A stretch of 62,952 nucleotides of DNA, filler included, from Octopus bimaculoides (taxonomy: Eukaryota): the NCBI RefSeq assembly GCF_001194135.2. It is 4 parts of 4 records of this genome, joined end to end, with 100 filler letters (N's around TTAATTAATTAA, not from the genome) between each part and the next. Parts side by side here need not be neighbours in the genome. Positions count along the whole stretch, not along the records: positions 1 to 21,297 come from NC_068983.1; 3 more parts are not named here. One strand, written 5' to 3'. This document shows positions 1 through 13,029 of the stretch, piece by piece; position 1 is the first letter of the stretch, and the number at the start of each line of letters is the position of its first letter. Made by a program: the position numbers and the translations under genes. The notes under the pieces are model-generated. The model was not told the DNA's origin. It searched no databases and saw nothing but the letters and a program-made list of their open reading frames with translations.

Positions 1-322
1 AATGGAAAAACTTTCAAAATACAAAGACCTGGAAATAGAGGTAACTCGAATGTGGAATCTAAAAACAGAAACAATTCCTATCATAGTAGGTGCCTTAGGT
101 ATAATAAAAAAATATTCAGAAAAATACATAACAAAAACACCAGGACTTACAAATATATATAACATACAGAAAATTGCACTACTGGGCACTGCACACATCC
201 TATGCAAAACACTTTCAATACAGTAACCATAAGAGCATCACAGCAAACCACAGCACATACCCAAGGCACACAGAGCTGTGCTCGGTAGTGAAGTGAAAGC
301 ACATTATAAAAATAAAACTACT
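1..322 (+). mobile_element. 3' end of an R4/Dong-like non-LTR retrotransposon (restriction-like endonuclease C-terminus + 3' UTR)
   Basis: ORF 2-226 KLSKYKDLEIEVTRMW...IPIIVGALG...QKIALLGTAHIL is a typical RLE C-terminus. It ends at a (TAA)n tract and is near-identical to the copy at 34171-34560. Confidence 0.8.
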
Positions 323-490
323 GAACAATAATAATAATAATAATAACAACAAGAACATCGAAAACTACCTTAGGAATGAGAACCCAGGTTCGAACTTCCC
401 CAAGACACTTGGAGGGTATATCAGCCGAAACGTTGTGTTAACAACAAACAAGATGAGGACAAATATCTGTCAAATGTAAATAATGAACAA
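323..490 (+). mobile_element. 3' body of the (TAA)n-containing tRNA-SINE family (same family as 36076-36335)
   Basis: aacatcgaaaa...ttaggaatgagaacccaggttcga...cagccgaaacgttgtgttaacaac...gatgaggacaaatatc.gtcaaatgtaaataatg aligns with 36180-36330. Confidence 0.8.
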
Positions 491-735
491 AATAATATGT
501 TTAACAAATGGGCAAATAAGTAACAACAAAGCTAACTAAATGGCTGCCTATGATAAGATATTGACTTTCAGAGGCAATAATATAATATGGGTAACAATAT
601 AATGTTGATTATATGGCTAAGAGAATAAAGTTTAACATGAGATTAACAATAATACTTTGACCACAACAGCCACAGTATCGGCTAGAAACAAAAACAGTTG
701 AGGTACACAAAATATGAGAAAAAGTATATAATTAC

Positions 736-949
736 CAAAATTCTTGATAATCTATCACAGGGTTCTCTGAAGATAAACAAAGAACATTATTTTTCCAGCA
801 CTTTTTTAAAACTTCAAGTTGTTTCCAGAGTATTAGGTAACATCTTAAAACCAGATAAATATCAGTTGGTCCTACTTTCATTTCTACTGTTGAGTCTGAA
901 CTATCCTCTGCTTCTACTTCTGCTACTATACCTTGCAGTGGAAAATCAG
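736..949 (-). CDS. CCDC162: CCDC162-like exon, last one in the window: DFPLQGIVAEVE...LVLRCYLILWKQLEVLKKCWKNN...YQEF. The gene continues past the left edge.
   Basis: Acceptor ttttttgctcAG, donor TG|GTAATT, 214 nt. LILWKQLEVLKxxW is identical to the motif I recall from human CCDC162P. Confidence 0.9.
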
Positions 950-1238
950 CTGAGCAAAAAAAAAAACAAAAAAAAACACATAATAGTATATAGAAACATC
1001 CTTTCTATACAGAACAGAATAGTTTGTTAACCAAAGACAGCTGCAGTTGTGAACATTGAGAATTTCATGTATAAAGTGGAATTTCATTGAAATAACCTCA
1101 CCAGACATTATTTTCAAGTTAAAAATGCAATATTATTAGCAAGCTACTTACTATTTTGTAAAGCCTTACAATATAATTTGAGGGAAATTTTTTTGTTTTT
1201 GTTGACAATTCTGAAAACAAAATCAACTAAGTAGTACT

Positions 1239-1512
1239 TTGTAGTAAAGATTGTTTGCCAGCATAATATGGCAGTCCTGGTTTAGGACTAATGTTGCTGC
1301 AATTTAGCCCCAGGAGACATCGTCTCCAGCTGGCAATGCGACACGATCTGTGTCCTTATATTTTTGAACAAGGGAATCTAGCACCCCCACTCAGCTCAAA
1401 ATAATATCTGTGTATTGCCAGCTGGAGACGATGTCTCATGGGGCTAAATTATAGCAACATTAGTCCTAAATCAGGACTGCCATGTTATGTTGGCAAACAA
1501 TCTTTACTACAA
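1239..1512. mobile_element. MITE/foldback-like element with ~95-100 bp terminal inverted repeats
   Basis: Left arm ttgtagtaaagattgtttgccagcata...catcgtctccagctggcaat is the near reverse complement of the right arm attgccagctggagacgatg...ggcaaacaatctttactacaa. Confidence 0.8.
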
Positions 1513-1938
1513 TATTAAGAAAGTCGGATGATTATAAAGCTTTCACCATGCCCCAAATTCAGAAAGTTAAACCCACATCAAGGCAGTGAAGAATAATATC
1601 CTACAACTAAGAGTTGGAAAAACTGCTGACCAGAGAGCCTTTACAGATATCATCCCAATGAAAAGTTAAACACTTCCAATTTTACCAAATATTCTCTAAA
1701 AATATTTTTCTTAATTTTGCAGAAAATATTAAAAAAGAGTAACTGATTTCAAATTTCGGCACAAAGTTAGCAATTTCAGTGGGAGGGGTAAACTGATAAA
1801 TTAACCGCCAGTGTTCAACTGGTATTTATTTTATCAACCCGAAAGTGTGAAAGGTAAAGTCAAACTAACAAAGAATAAAATTGTGAGTCAATTTTAACCT
1901 TCTAATGTTATATCTTCAAATAGCTAAACCCAACTCAC

Positions 1939-2138
1939 CGAATGGCACAAGATTGTTAGCATTAGAACTTGGTAAATTTTTTTCCTTTGCAAGAATATTC
2001 TTATAAAGGGAACTAGTAACTTGTGTTTTCCAGGAATGTTCGAAGCCTGATGTAAATTGCCTGAATCCAGGAAACTCTGACAGAATAATATCTTCCAACT
2101 GAAGACTCACTCCTGAAATTTCTCCATTTGCAGCAAGC
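1939..2138 (-). CDS. CCDC162: CCDC162-like exon: LAANGEISGVSLQLEDIILSEFPGFRQ...NNLVPF
   Basis: Acceptor cttctcaattAG, donor G|GTGAGT, 200 nt. Matches recalled VAHGELVGVQMLLEDVL. Confidence 0.9.
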
Positions 2139-2329
2139 CTAATTGAGAAGAAATTTGATTAAAAGATATTTAAATAAATTATAAAATAATAAAATTATTT
2201 TAACAGTACAGTCTTTAAGGTTATCAAAACTAAGTAACAGCATATTCAGCATTAAAAACATGATGTTATTTAAGGACAAGATAGTTGTAAAAATATGTAC
2301 ATTATCAGGTTATAGTAGAGTTCTGAATA

Positions 2330-3030
2330 CATTTTTATGTTGTTTCAAACATTTTTCAATAACATAGGTGAAAAAATAGTTGTATACAGTCCTCTTAAAT
2401 ACAAGATTGCTAAACTGTAGAAGATGAAAACGGTGAAGATAGTGCCAGTTATTGCTGATGACAGTATCAAAAGGTATTGAGAGGAATATAAAGGAAATGG
2501 GAATAGGGTGCCCAGTAGAGCTGTTGCAAAAACTTTGCCTCCTTGGTACAGCCAATATCATCAGGAAAGTATTAGATATTTGAAGAGAACAAATAGCATG
2601 GTATTGTAGGCTGCAGGTAGTAAGCCCACTGCTCATGCACGACTCCAGGAGTTCCAACAAAATCAGAGTATATGAAAAAGGCAAAAATAAAATGCAACAA
2701 CAATACTGGAACAAGTTGAACAGAATAGGAATAGTCAAAGAAAAATCCCTAGCTGAGAAGCATGGGGCTCAGAGTAGAGACTGAAGGGTTCTTAATGTGG
2801 CACACAATCAGAAATCACCCAAAATACATAATGAAGCAGATTACCATAAACAACTGCAGAGGAAAACCAAGCAAGACATAGGAAGAAGTGATCAATACTC
2901 AAGAAGTTGAATCTTATTAAGCAAATGGGAACAAACTGAAACAAGTAGTGATATATTGTGCTGGAGAAAACCACTCTAACCCATGTGAGTATGGAATAAT
3001 GGATGTAAGATGCTGCTGCCACCCAAAATA
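2330..3030 (+). mobile_element. Degraded R4-like non-LTR fragments (second subfamily)
   Basis: Interrupted frames give VELLQKLCLLGTANIIRKVLDI (RLE C-terminus) near 2510-2580 and LRSMGLRVETEGFL near 2750-2795. Confidence 0.55.
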
Positions 3031-3191
3031 ACTATGATAACAAGCTACTTTATTGAATAAAATATCTTTTGTGTCAAACCCGAGCCACCTAAAAGAAAAT
3101 TAATATTTCTAAGTAAATAAGCTAACCACTTCCGACAGTCGAATTTGCAATCTAGCAGCGGCTAGGGTTTAAAAGTCTGGGAAATTATCAG

Positions 3192-3268
<77 letters not shown>

Positions 3269-4295
3269 TGTGCATGCATGCAGACACGCACACAAGATAT
3301 GTAATTGCTTGTATTTTTATATGAAAGAGTGGATATTATAATACATAAGTTGCTCATGAGAAAATCAAACGGACCAATTTGGGAAAAAGAGATTTGACTA
3401 TTTATTCCTATACATTAATGATATAAATTTTATTGCATCTCCACAGTTTCAAATATTGCAAAATTCTAAATCAGAACTGTAAGCTGCCAAACATGTAACA
3501 ACAGTTTATCTGCAACTATATTTCCTACAACTACTGGAGTGTTCATTCTTAAAGTGTGGGCAGGAAAAAGGAAAGACTCTAAGTCTGAAAGACAGTTATG
3601 ATCAACCAGACATATCTGTGAATTTAAATAAAGATATAAATATACAAGGAGATGAAAGAACAAAATATGATCTGATATGAGACAAAGTTAGCAGAAAGAT
3701 AATCACCAGAATGGAAGAAAGTGGTTTATATCAGCAAAGGTCAGTTAAGCAGAGACCAAAGGCTAAGGCAAAATAAACAGATATATAACATTTCAAGAAG
3801 CAACCCTTTTAGTAAACTGATGGAAAACAGACCTGAAATTTTATATATTTCTTTCCCTCATAGCAAATAACATATTTTGGTTTGTATTTTTTATTGAATA
3901 GTCAGATGGAGGTTCGGATGAGATAGTTCCAAAGAATTTGAGACCTTTTATATCTTGACTTTTGCCAAATAAATTACCAAAAATGCAACAAGATATTTTA
4001 CAAAGATATCCAATCTATACTATTATGGTTCATAAAAAAAAAAAAAAAAAAATTAACCTTTTCAGCATGATTTTGTCATAGTTATTGAAATGACACAGAA
4101 AACCCTAGTTTTATCTTATGGAAAAAAAAATTAAATTCTTCTTTTATTCTTACATACATGCATAGAGTTAGATTTCCTTTAATTAAAACTATAAAAATAT
4201 TTGAAGTAAAAAAAAAAATTTAATGAAAGTAAATAGGAAATAAAAGTAAAACATCATTTATTACAAGGCATAAAAAATGTAATGCTTCAACTTAC

Positions 4296-4385
4296 TTGTC
4301 TAATTCTTTTAGGCTAGCCATACACAGCTGCATATTTTGACTTATGTGATAACAGCAAGGAAGCATTCCTGGAAAAGGCCCATTT
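4296..4385 (-). CDS. CCDC162: CCDC162-like exon: NGPFPGMLPCCYHISQNMQLCMASLKELD
   Basis: Acceptor tttctatcAG, donor AA|GTAAGT, 90 nt. Matches recalled GGPFP...YNMQLCLCGLSDRD. Confidence 0.9.
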
Positions 4386-4787
4386 CTGATAGAAAATATA
4401 CAAGTTATTCATGAAAATATGTAGTTACTTTGATTATCCAAGGTATTAGTGACTTGAAAGTTATAAGTCCCAAATCTATGCCTTGTCCACCTAGATTATA
4501 ATCATTATCTACTATGTATTATTCCTATCCAACTGTTAGTATTTAAAGAACCATACAATACATATCAGCACATAAAAACTTAAATTTATAATCAGAATAT
4601 ATGTAAAGTATATCTAGTTTACACATCATACATGTCTGCTACACAATTCTGTGGTAGATAAAACAAATCCCATAAACATTACAGGTTCAATAGGATACTT
4701 GTAGTTTAATGTAAACACATTTTCTATTACACATGTAACACATTACAAAATATGATACACATCATGTATTCTGGGTATGTGGTAATA

Positions 4788-5638
4788 CAAGGTGGTATGA
4801 AAAAGTTCCCGGACTAGTTATGCTTAATAAAAAATAACTTATTTACCTAAGTTTTAATATCATCTCCTTCAAAATAGTCACCGTGCACAGCAATACACTG
4901 GTCTCAGCATTACTGCCACTTTTGGAATCTGGCCTGAAGTTATTTTCCATAAGCATGTCAAGGACCTTCTGCAATTCACTCTGGATCTTGACAGTGGTGT
5001 TAAAATGGTGACCTTTCAGCTGCATTTTCCTCTTGGGGAAGAGATGAAAGATGCAGATACTAAATCTGGCAAATAGGGTGGGTGTGGAAGCAATACCTTG
5101 TTGTTTTTGGTGAGAAACTCATAAGTGAGGAGAGCTCAGCGACAGGGTGCTCTATCATTGTGAAGAATCCAATTCTTCACTCTCTACAAATCCAGTCACA
5201 TTCACCAAATGTCCTCCCTCAAATGCTTCAAAATGTCACAGTAGAGCTTTCAACTGACAGTCTGGCCCTGGGAGACGAATTCTTGATGCACAATACCACA
5301 TTTCTGGGGGTGAAGCTCATGGTAGGTCTTCCAGGAACGGTATTCCACTTTTGAATTGCTCATGCCACTCGAAACATTGTGTATGGCCCATTGTCTCATT
5401 GTTGTAAGCTTGCTGAAGCATACTCAATGTCTCTGTAGCAGACTTCCTAAGTTTAACGCAAAATTTCACATTGGCTCCTTGTTCCTGTCCATGACAAAAT
5501 CACAGACTACAGCTTACATGTGATCACAAATTTCACAACTTGCGAAGTAAACACAGCAATGTCAGTTGGCACACTGCTTCCATCTGTGTGCTGCCATCTG
5601 TAGGCATGCTAGTCCGGGAACTTTTTGATAACACCTTG
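4788..5638 (-). mobile_element. Internally deleted Tc1/mariner element in a CCDC162 intron
   Basis: ~30 bp TIRs caaggtg(g/t)tat(g/c)aaaaagttcccggactag at both ends, flanked by TA on each side (4786-4787, 5639-5640). The minus-strand remnant LKGHHFNTTVKIQSELQKVLDML resembles a mariner transposase C-terminus. Confidence 0.85.
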
Positions 5639-5713
5639 TATATTAAGTGTTACCAGCAATACTTCCTTCATAACAATGTATCTATGATAATTAGAACTAA
5701 ACATCAGTCTTAC

Positions 5714-5859
5714 CGACCAAGGAAACTTCGCCAAGGGTAAAGTGACATTGCTAATCTGTCATAAGCTTCTAATGGTTCTGGTACTCTGAAGTAAGTGTTG
5801 AATACACTCTCTTCTGGTACATTGCTTAAAATGGTTAAACCATGGTTCATATTTACAGC
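5714..5859 (-). CDS. CCDC162: CCDC162-like exon: AVNMNHGLTILSNVPEESVFNTYFRVPEPLEAYDRLAMSLYPWRSFLG
   Basis: Acceptor gtattccAG, donor CG|GTAAGA, 146 nt. Matches recalled HGLPALSNS...LPQPLDP...LFPWRAFL. Confidence 0.9.
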
Positions 5860-6461
5860 CTGGAATACATAAATATACTATAGATCAGGGAACTGCTCCA
5901 CATGACAGCAATAAAGAGTGCTCTTTTCACATGAAAAATAGACTAATGAGGGATATATAAGTAGTGTGATAAAATATACAGTAGTAAATACCGAGGATGA
6001 GCTGTAATTGGAAAAGAATGAGATAAACATGATTTGTTGCATGCACAGTGTTAACTTAGAAAGAATGTTGACTGAAAAAGAACTGTAAATGTAGGTAAAC
6101 ATCTGAAGTATTAGCAAATGTCTGCAAGAAAGATGACTACATTAGAAAAAACGTATAATGCAAGTGGATGATGACTTTCAGGTGAACTAAAGTGCTATAA
6201 TTTCCTAATTAGAGGGAGAAATATAACAATAGAGGTAGTTCAGAGAAAGTTTGAAAAGTAAAAATTTTTGAACAGTAAGATCAGATCTAATTATATTGGA
6301 CTTCACAGACAGAATTATAAAGGCTGAAATGTATGTAGAAATTAAATTGTATGAAATGAAACGAATCATTCTATGTACAGATATTTACTCATACATGTCA
6401 ACTAAACATTTGTTGTGAACATAAAAATTAGATGATGAAAAATGAAAAAAAATAATCTCAC

Positions 6462-6640
6462 CTCAAAAGCTACTCTGTTTCCTGAAAGTAGGAAAGTTTC
6501 CACCAAAGCATAGCGTACTGCTACATCAAATTCTAAATATGTTACTTCTCCCCGTGCAATTAGAAGTTCAGCAACTAGGTTTGGATCTGTAGGACAGGAC
6601 AGTGACCGTACTTGTGTCATGATTTCTTTTAACTCAGCTT
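6462..6640 (-). CDS. CCDC162: CCDC162-like exon: AELKEIMTQVRSLSCPTDPNLVAELLIARGEVTYLEFDVAVRYALVETFLLSGNRVAFE
   Basis: Acceptor gatttttAAG, donor GAG|GTGAGA, 179 nt. Matches the recalled human CCDC162P segment FLQFD(A/V)AVRHLIRRTFLAAGNVPAYQ. Confidence 0.9.
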
Positions 6641-7059
6641 CTTAAAAATCAAAGATAAGAAAGTAAGTGAACAGGTGAAATAGAATAAATTCTAATAATA
6701 ATTATTTTTTGCTTGGCTTTGAGGGCCTAGATATATAATACAAAATATATCATACAAAAGAACTACAAGATATGTTGGGATGTACATANNNNNNNNNNNN
6801 NNNNNNNNNNNNNNNNNNNNNNNNNNNNNNNNNNNNNNNNNNNNNNNNNNNNNNNNNNNNNNNNNNNNNNNNNNNNNNNNNNNNNNNNNNNNNNNNAATG
6901 CAACACAGATTAACAATTTAGTATACAAACAAATGGGTACTCACTCAAAAAGAAGTAAGAATCTTCTACCTCAATAGGATCAGAGGTGCAAAGTCAGAGG
7001 AAAATACCACTAAGTTTTTTGTTTACCATGCTAATGATTCTGTCAGCTTGCCACCTTTG

Positions 7060-7252
7060 ATTCAAATTTTAGCACAATCTTAGGGGAAGGGGTAAGTCAA
7101 ATATATTGATCCCAGTGTTTAACTGGTACTTATTTTATCAGCTCTGAAAGTTGACCTTGGCAGTATGTGACTCAAAACATAAGAAGTTGGAAGAGTTGTT
7201 GCAAAGCATTTTGTCCAATGTTCTAACAATTCTGCCAGCTTACCACCTTAGT
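7060..7252 (-). mobile_element. SINE of the family containing ccccagtgttcaactggtacttattttatcgaccccgaaagg (other copies ~1745-1870, 36420-36600, 36655-36830, 36850-37030, 48790-48996, 62884-62952)
   Basis: Multiple diverged dispersed copies in the window, with a tRNA-like head on the minus strand (ggcgagctggcagaa...gagttcaaattc). Confidence 0.7.
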
Positions 7253-8078
7253 AATAATAAGGTTTGAAATTTTGGGGAAGGAGTTAAAATCAATCTCAGT
7301 ACTTGTCTAGGATTTTATGTTACTGACACTCCCCAGGAGGATTTGAACTTAGAACATAAAGGACTGGAACAAAAGCTACAAGAGTGTTTGATGCTCTAGC
7401 AATTTTACCAATCCACAATAATAATCCTTACAATAAAAATCCACTGTGTGTATGTCTGTATAGCTTGATACTTTATTCAAATGCCAAACACTATGAAACA
7501 TGTACACACCACACAACAACACATAAGTACTCAAACTGTAACATACATCAGCATACACACACAAGTACATATATACAAAAGTCGCCATATAAAGATAAAT
7601 TGACAATGAACAATTGTAGACAATTATGGACAACTTTGAAGCATGAACTGTTAAATAATTTAAATAAGTGTTTTGTCCAGTTGTCTACACTGGTTAATAT
7701 TTGCTAGCTAGCCTAATGCAGTTATCAATACTTGTCTTCTGAAAAGCTGTTACAACACCAATGTTATTAACGATACACAGAAATGAAGACAAATAGTGAA
7801 AATAAAAATAGAAGAGAGGAAAAATGAAAAGAAAAGAGAAACTGTTTGAAAGAGAAGGGAGAAAGAGATTATGGGGGAAGTAGATGGTGAAGGCAGAGTA
7901 AATAAGATCGATAAAAAATTATAAGGAGAAAATAAGAGCAAGAATGAAAAGAAAGATAGGAAAACTCAGAGAAACACCAAAGCAATGAAAGACAATGAAA
8001 ACAGAGATAAAGAAAGACAAAGAGAAATAAAAGAAAAAAAAAGACTGATAATAAAGAACAATAGAAATCTATTTTTAC

Positions 8079-8359
8079 TTATTCCTTCTAATCCACCCCA
8101 TGTTGCTGAGGCATCAGCATGTGCAGCAAATATTAAGGATCTTCGATTTCCAAGTCGGTAGTGTCCAAACAGATATTGTAAAATATCATGCAGAGCTGAG
8201 ACAATCCGTAGGAGGTAAGTTAAAGCTTCGATGCAGGCTTCATCCCTCAATATACTGAACATTCCTAGTATTTCAGTGCAGTGAGGTAAATACCATATAT
8301 TGACCACCTCGTGTCCATCTGGAGACATGACTTTATCATCGGCTTCTATGTTCAGTTCA
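8079..8359 (-). CDS. CCDC162: CCDC162-like exon: ELNIEADDKVMSPDGHEVVNIWYLPHCTEILGMF...LRIVSALHDILQYLFGHYRLGN...ATWGGLEGI
   Basis: Lies inside ORF 7966-8370. Acceptor tttgtcttgtAG, donor A|GTAAAA, 281 nt. NIWYLPH, IVSALHDI and WGGxEGI motifs are recalled from CCDC162. Confidence 0.9.
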
Positions 8360-9002
8360 CTACAAGACAAACAGATAGGATGGAATTATTTTGAATTTAG
8401 ATATGAATTTTATTTGGGATATTGAGAAATTTTATAAATAAACAGCTGATAAAACAGCGAGAATATAAAATACAGTACCAAAATTGTCTGTTTGGGATGT
8501 TGCTACAAAAGCATAATGAACAGTTAAAAGTTTAAACATTTTAAAGTTAAAAATATTAAAACATTTTGAATTTTGCCCTCTGCTTTACAATCTTTAAATA
8601 GGACAAAAATTAAAACAAAAAAAATGAAAAGAAACCTGTTCTTCATTTGAACTAGTTCAAGTGCTGTCATCATTATCCCCCCTCCCACAAATACCAACAA
8701 CAAGAACACCACTATCACTATCATCTTTTTTTGATGCTGGTATGAGCTGAACATAATTTCAAGACTTAATTTCAAATTAACTTCAGATTTAGTAAAATGA
8801 AAATTTACAAGTTCAAGTTAACTAAAAACAATATGCATTTTCTGGTTTTCTGGTTAACAGTTTCATTTACTTCAAATCACTTTTTAGTTAATGTTACAGG
8901 GTTCTTTTATAAGCTTTCACTGACAGGTAACAACATTAACAAAAATCCAAATGAAATGCAAAGTTGAAATCATAAGAGAGAAATATCAAAAATTGATATT
9001 AC

Positions 9003-9077
9003 CTTTTCCTCCTGTCTATATATGAATCATTTGGGCCATCACCAACTATGTAAATACCAACTGTGAAGAAAGTATCC
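9003..9077 (-). CDS. CCDC162: CCDC162-like exon: (R)DTFFTVGIYIVGDGPNDSYIDRRK(S)
   Basis: Acceptor cttacttttacAG, donor AG|GTAATA, 75 nt, phase 2/2. Joins FPSI-R-DTFF. Confidence 0.85.
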
Positions 9078-9299
9078 CTGTAAAAGTAAGTACAATCACT
9101 TTAGACAGAAATTTACCAACAAATTAACTATATACCTTAGGTTTTTCAATTATATTAATCTGATTATTATGTTCACCGTTATAGTCAAATTCATTTAAAC
9201 ATTATTTTATTTTCTATGCTGCTATATGTTGGTTAAGTATATGTATAAAATCAAGTGCTTAAAGAGATCTTACATATGATTTTGTACTGCAAGAGAAAT

Positions 9300-9810
9300 G
9301 ATGATACCATTGGAAGTTCCATCAATGTTCTATACAGCAGAGGTAAAAAAAATTGTGGCTTGGAACTGCTGTACCAAGTGGGTCATGGAAGCAGGGTCTA
9401 CTGGATGGAGTGGATGATAGAGTGCACAGCAGACTTTCCAAAGTGGAAAAATCATCCAGCATTATCAACAAGAGTGGTATGAGACTAGACATTGTACTCA
9501 ACTCACTTTCATCAAAACAAGTGGTTCTGATTGATCTCACATGAATATAACAGCAGACTGGAGGACACCCACATCTACAAGACTGAAAAATATGGCAGTT
9601 TAGCCATTAGATAGGGGGAAATCTGGTTAAGTCCTTGTCATAGAAGTGGGAACGAGAGGGATTATAGGCAAAGCTGCCTATAATCACATGAAATGACTCT
9701 CAATTTCTGGGAAAAAGAGAACCAGGGCTCATAATGCATTGGTGAAAGTAACTGAGAAGAGTTCCAACTTAATATGGTCAAAGAAGAATGGAAGTGTATT
9801 TCAGAAGTTA
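9300..9810 (+). mobile_element. Degraded RLE-domain non-LTR retrotransposon, HERO/NeSL-like
   Basis: SGMRLDIVLNSLSSKQVVLIDLT...RLEDTHIYKTEKY...IEVG resembles the RPDIV...KxVILxELTVPWE...KY...VEVG RLE motif. Confidence 0.6.
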
Positions 9811-10387
9811 TAACTTACCCTACGTTTAACTGCCATTTGATACTGAAGTGATTATGACACCCAAGGTACCTTGGCCCCAGGGTACCTTAACCACTTAGGA
9901 GGATTACTATACAGACAGTAGCAGAGAATGTGACAGCAGAGGGGAATCCAGGAGTTATTATCTGGATGTGGCCCAACATCCTTAGAGTGTAAAGTGCTAA
10001 GGGCTGAAATATTAACATGAGGACGGTTCAGCTTTTAAAGTTTCTTACTATAGTAGAAGACACTTGCCCAAGGTCCCATGCAGTGGGACTGAACCCAGAA
10101 TCATGTGGCTGGGAAGCAAACTTCTTACCACACAGCCACACCTGTGCCTATTGAAGTGGTTAGAGGAAAACGTTTTCACATTTTCACATGTTACATACAG
10201 TTTATCTTTGAAGAAAAAGGAAAATAAATCCTCAGTCATCGAAATTCACTAAACTTCTTCCATTTTCTGTAAATCTAATTTCTATTCTATCACTGGCTTC
10301 ATCCAATCTTTCAAGTTTTTCAACCTTTTTTGTTCTTAGATTGACTTTTCATCAAAAACTTTGTGCAAAAACAACTTGTTTAATTAC

Positions 10388-10510
10388 CTTATTGATGGAA
10401 AGTCATCCAATGCCTGCATGATATATTTATAGATTCCAATAATTTGACTTCTCAGTAAATACTGCGATATGTTCGTTGCTGTATTATTGCATGCTTCAGA
10501 TATAAGATCA
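10388..10510 (-). CDS. CCDC162: CCDC162-like exon: DLISEACNNTATNISQYLLRSQIIGIYKYIMQALDDFPSI
   Basis: Donor AG|GTAATT. Acceptor catacAG at 10511-10513; an alternative same-phase acceptor would start the exon at 10561. SQYxLRxQII and LDDFPSIR motifs are recalled from CCDC162. Confidence 0.8.
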
Positions 10511-10645
10511 CTGTATGCCGAATATATTATTGAGAAATATAAATTAAAACAAAATGACAACCTGGAAATATCTCTTTGGAAACATTGAAAAGTTTAAGTC
10601 AGAAAGAGAAGGTTATGAAAAATGTCTTTGCCAATGTGTGTGTTC

Positions 10646-10676
<31 letters not shown>

Positions 10677-10974
10677 NNNNNNNNNNNNNNNNNNNNNNNN
10701 NNNNNNNNNNNNNNNNNNNNNNNNNNNNNNNNNNNNNNNNNNNNNNNNNNNNNNNNNNNNNNNNNNNNNNNNNNNNNNNNNNNNNNNNNNNNNNNNNNNN
10801 NNNNNNNNNNNNNNNNNNNNNNNNNNNNNNNNNNNNNNNNNNNNNNNNNNNNNNNNNNNNNNNNNNNNNNNNNNNNNNNNNNNNNNNNNNNNNNNNNNNN
10901 NNNNNNNNNNNNNNNNNNNNNNNNNNNNNNNNNNNNNNNNNNNNNCAGACTAATATAGATGATACCGTCATCAT

Positions 10975-11440
10975 CATCATCTAATGTCTGTTGTCTATGC
11001 GGGCATGGATTTGAATGGTTTGACCAAGGCTGATTAGCTGAGGGGCTGCACCAACTCTAGTCTGATTTGGCATGGTTTCTACAGCTAGATGCTCTTCCTA
11101 ATACCAATCACTCTGAGAGTGTCATGGGTGCTTTTATGTGCCACTGATATGGATGCCAGTTGCATGACACCAGTATTTGCTATGACTACGATTTCATGAG
11201 GCCCAATGCTTGAAAGGTGCTTTTTATGTGCCAATTATGTGACACCAGCATTGGCCACACCTATTATTTCATTTGGCTGGTGGGTCTTTTCAAGTATGGC
11301 ATATCACCAAAAGTCTTGATCACTAGTCATTGCCTCTGTGTGACCCAACATTTGAAGATCATGCTTCACCACCTTATCCCATGTCTTCCTGGGTCTACCT
11401 CTTCCACAGGTTCCTTCGATATTAAACATTCTTAAATGGA
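10975..11440 (-). mobile_element. 3' end of an RTE-clade LINE
   Basis: Minus ORF ends GRGRPRKTWDKVVKHDLQML, a typical RTE C-terminus, followed by a UTR and a (GAT)n-type tail at ~10968-10981. Confidence 0.7.
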
Positions 11441-11759
11441 GAAATGTACCTACAAAATTACTCTGTGAAACAATGTAACAATGACAGGTTAGTATTGATG
11501 CTCCATTCAACTTCACTTGTCATAAATAAATTTTTGAAAAAGGTAACTTGTGTACTATAGTCTATAGGATAAGGCAGTGAAAATACCTGCTTGGCCAAAG
11601 AAGTCATCTCCAATTCAGTCTCTCATTAAGCCTTCTCTCTTTCTCTCTCTCTCTCTTCCCCTTTCACTCTCTCTCCCTTTCACTCTCTCCTTCTGTCTGC
11701 TCTCCATAATTTTCTATCTATTTACTCGTGTTTTCCTTTCCTTTACATAACTATGTCTT

Positions 11760-12550
11760 GCTTGCATATAAATCCCAAGTGCCTCTTCACTCTTGGATTG
11801 ATAATTTCCTGTCCAACTACATCATTGTGCTACCTGCTTACAGTGCTCTTCCAAACCATAATCTACTGACTTGGGTTATTTCCATTGCTTTCCCTTTTCG
11901 ACATTAATGATTATTTTTTTTTATTTTTAATATCTCATTCTTCCATTTGCTTTCTACACACATGAATCATCCACTCACAAACTATACACTTAATGTTCCA
12001 CATCAAAGTCCTTTATAAATATATACCACAAAAGCATTCTTCAATAGAATCACAACTTAATTTCCTCCAACAACACAAAGACACAATTACTCTTGTATAA
12101 CATTCTTTACACAAGAACAACACATACACAAAATCCTTTAAGTCACTATAAATATTTCTGTCTTCACAAATTATAATGATCTCTCATTGCAATCTCACTG
12201 CCAAAACTAGATCACATAAACTAGGCTTTCTTGTCAGAACCAGAAAATACTTTATCCTGTCTATCAATGAAGATCAAGAATTACCACACAGGAGTACTGC
12301 TGCCAAATCTTGAACAGTGTTGTAGTTATGTACATGAAAAATCTAGATTTCATCAACAAGAAAACCATTCAAATAATTGAAAAGGTTACTCACCAAAATA
12401 TTACAATCACTTATTTACAGAATTGTCATTTCTTCCCTCTGCATCACTATGACTATAATAACCCTGGCATCTCTGATAAAGTTAGCTGCAAATTTCTTCT
12501 AAACAGGCTCCACCTGACACATTTCTCTTTCATTCTTTTGTCATTCTAAC
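11760..12550 (+). mobile_element. Degraded L2/Crack-like reverse transcriptase fragment
   Basis: Broken frames give LHSWIDNFLSN, PLLSLFDINDY and KLGFLVRTRKYF, resembling ...SWISNFLSxR..., PTLFLxFINDL and KLGFLFRARKYF. Confidence 0.5.
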
Positions 12551-13029
12551 CATGAACCAAATCCCAGATTCCTACAAAAATAGTTTTCCTAGAACTCCTT
12601 CTCCATTACTGAAGCTCTCTGAAACTTCCTTTCTACTGGTGTCTTTCATCCCATCATAAACCTATATTTGTTCAAATTGTGCATTTTAGAAGAGGCTCTC
12701 TTTTCAAGAATAGTGAGACTGATGTATCAGCCTCACCACTCTTGAAAAGACAGTCTATTCTAAAATCACTTTATATATTTTCTGAAGAATGTCACCATTG
12801 TAGAATCCCTTGTGGATAATCAGTTGTTGGTGGATTTGTTCTAACTCATTGTATTTTGAATTCAAATCCCACTAAAGTCAACTCCATCTTCCCTCCTTTC
12901 AGCACTGATAACATAAAGTACCAGATTCTGGTGTAGTGAACTCAAGGAAATGTGAAAGTGTTGGACAAAATATTTTGCAGTCTTTCTTCTGAATCCTTGT
13001 ATTCTATGTTTTAAGTAGTGAACTTATTT

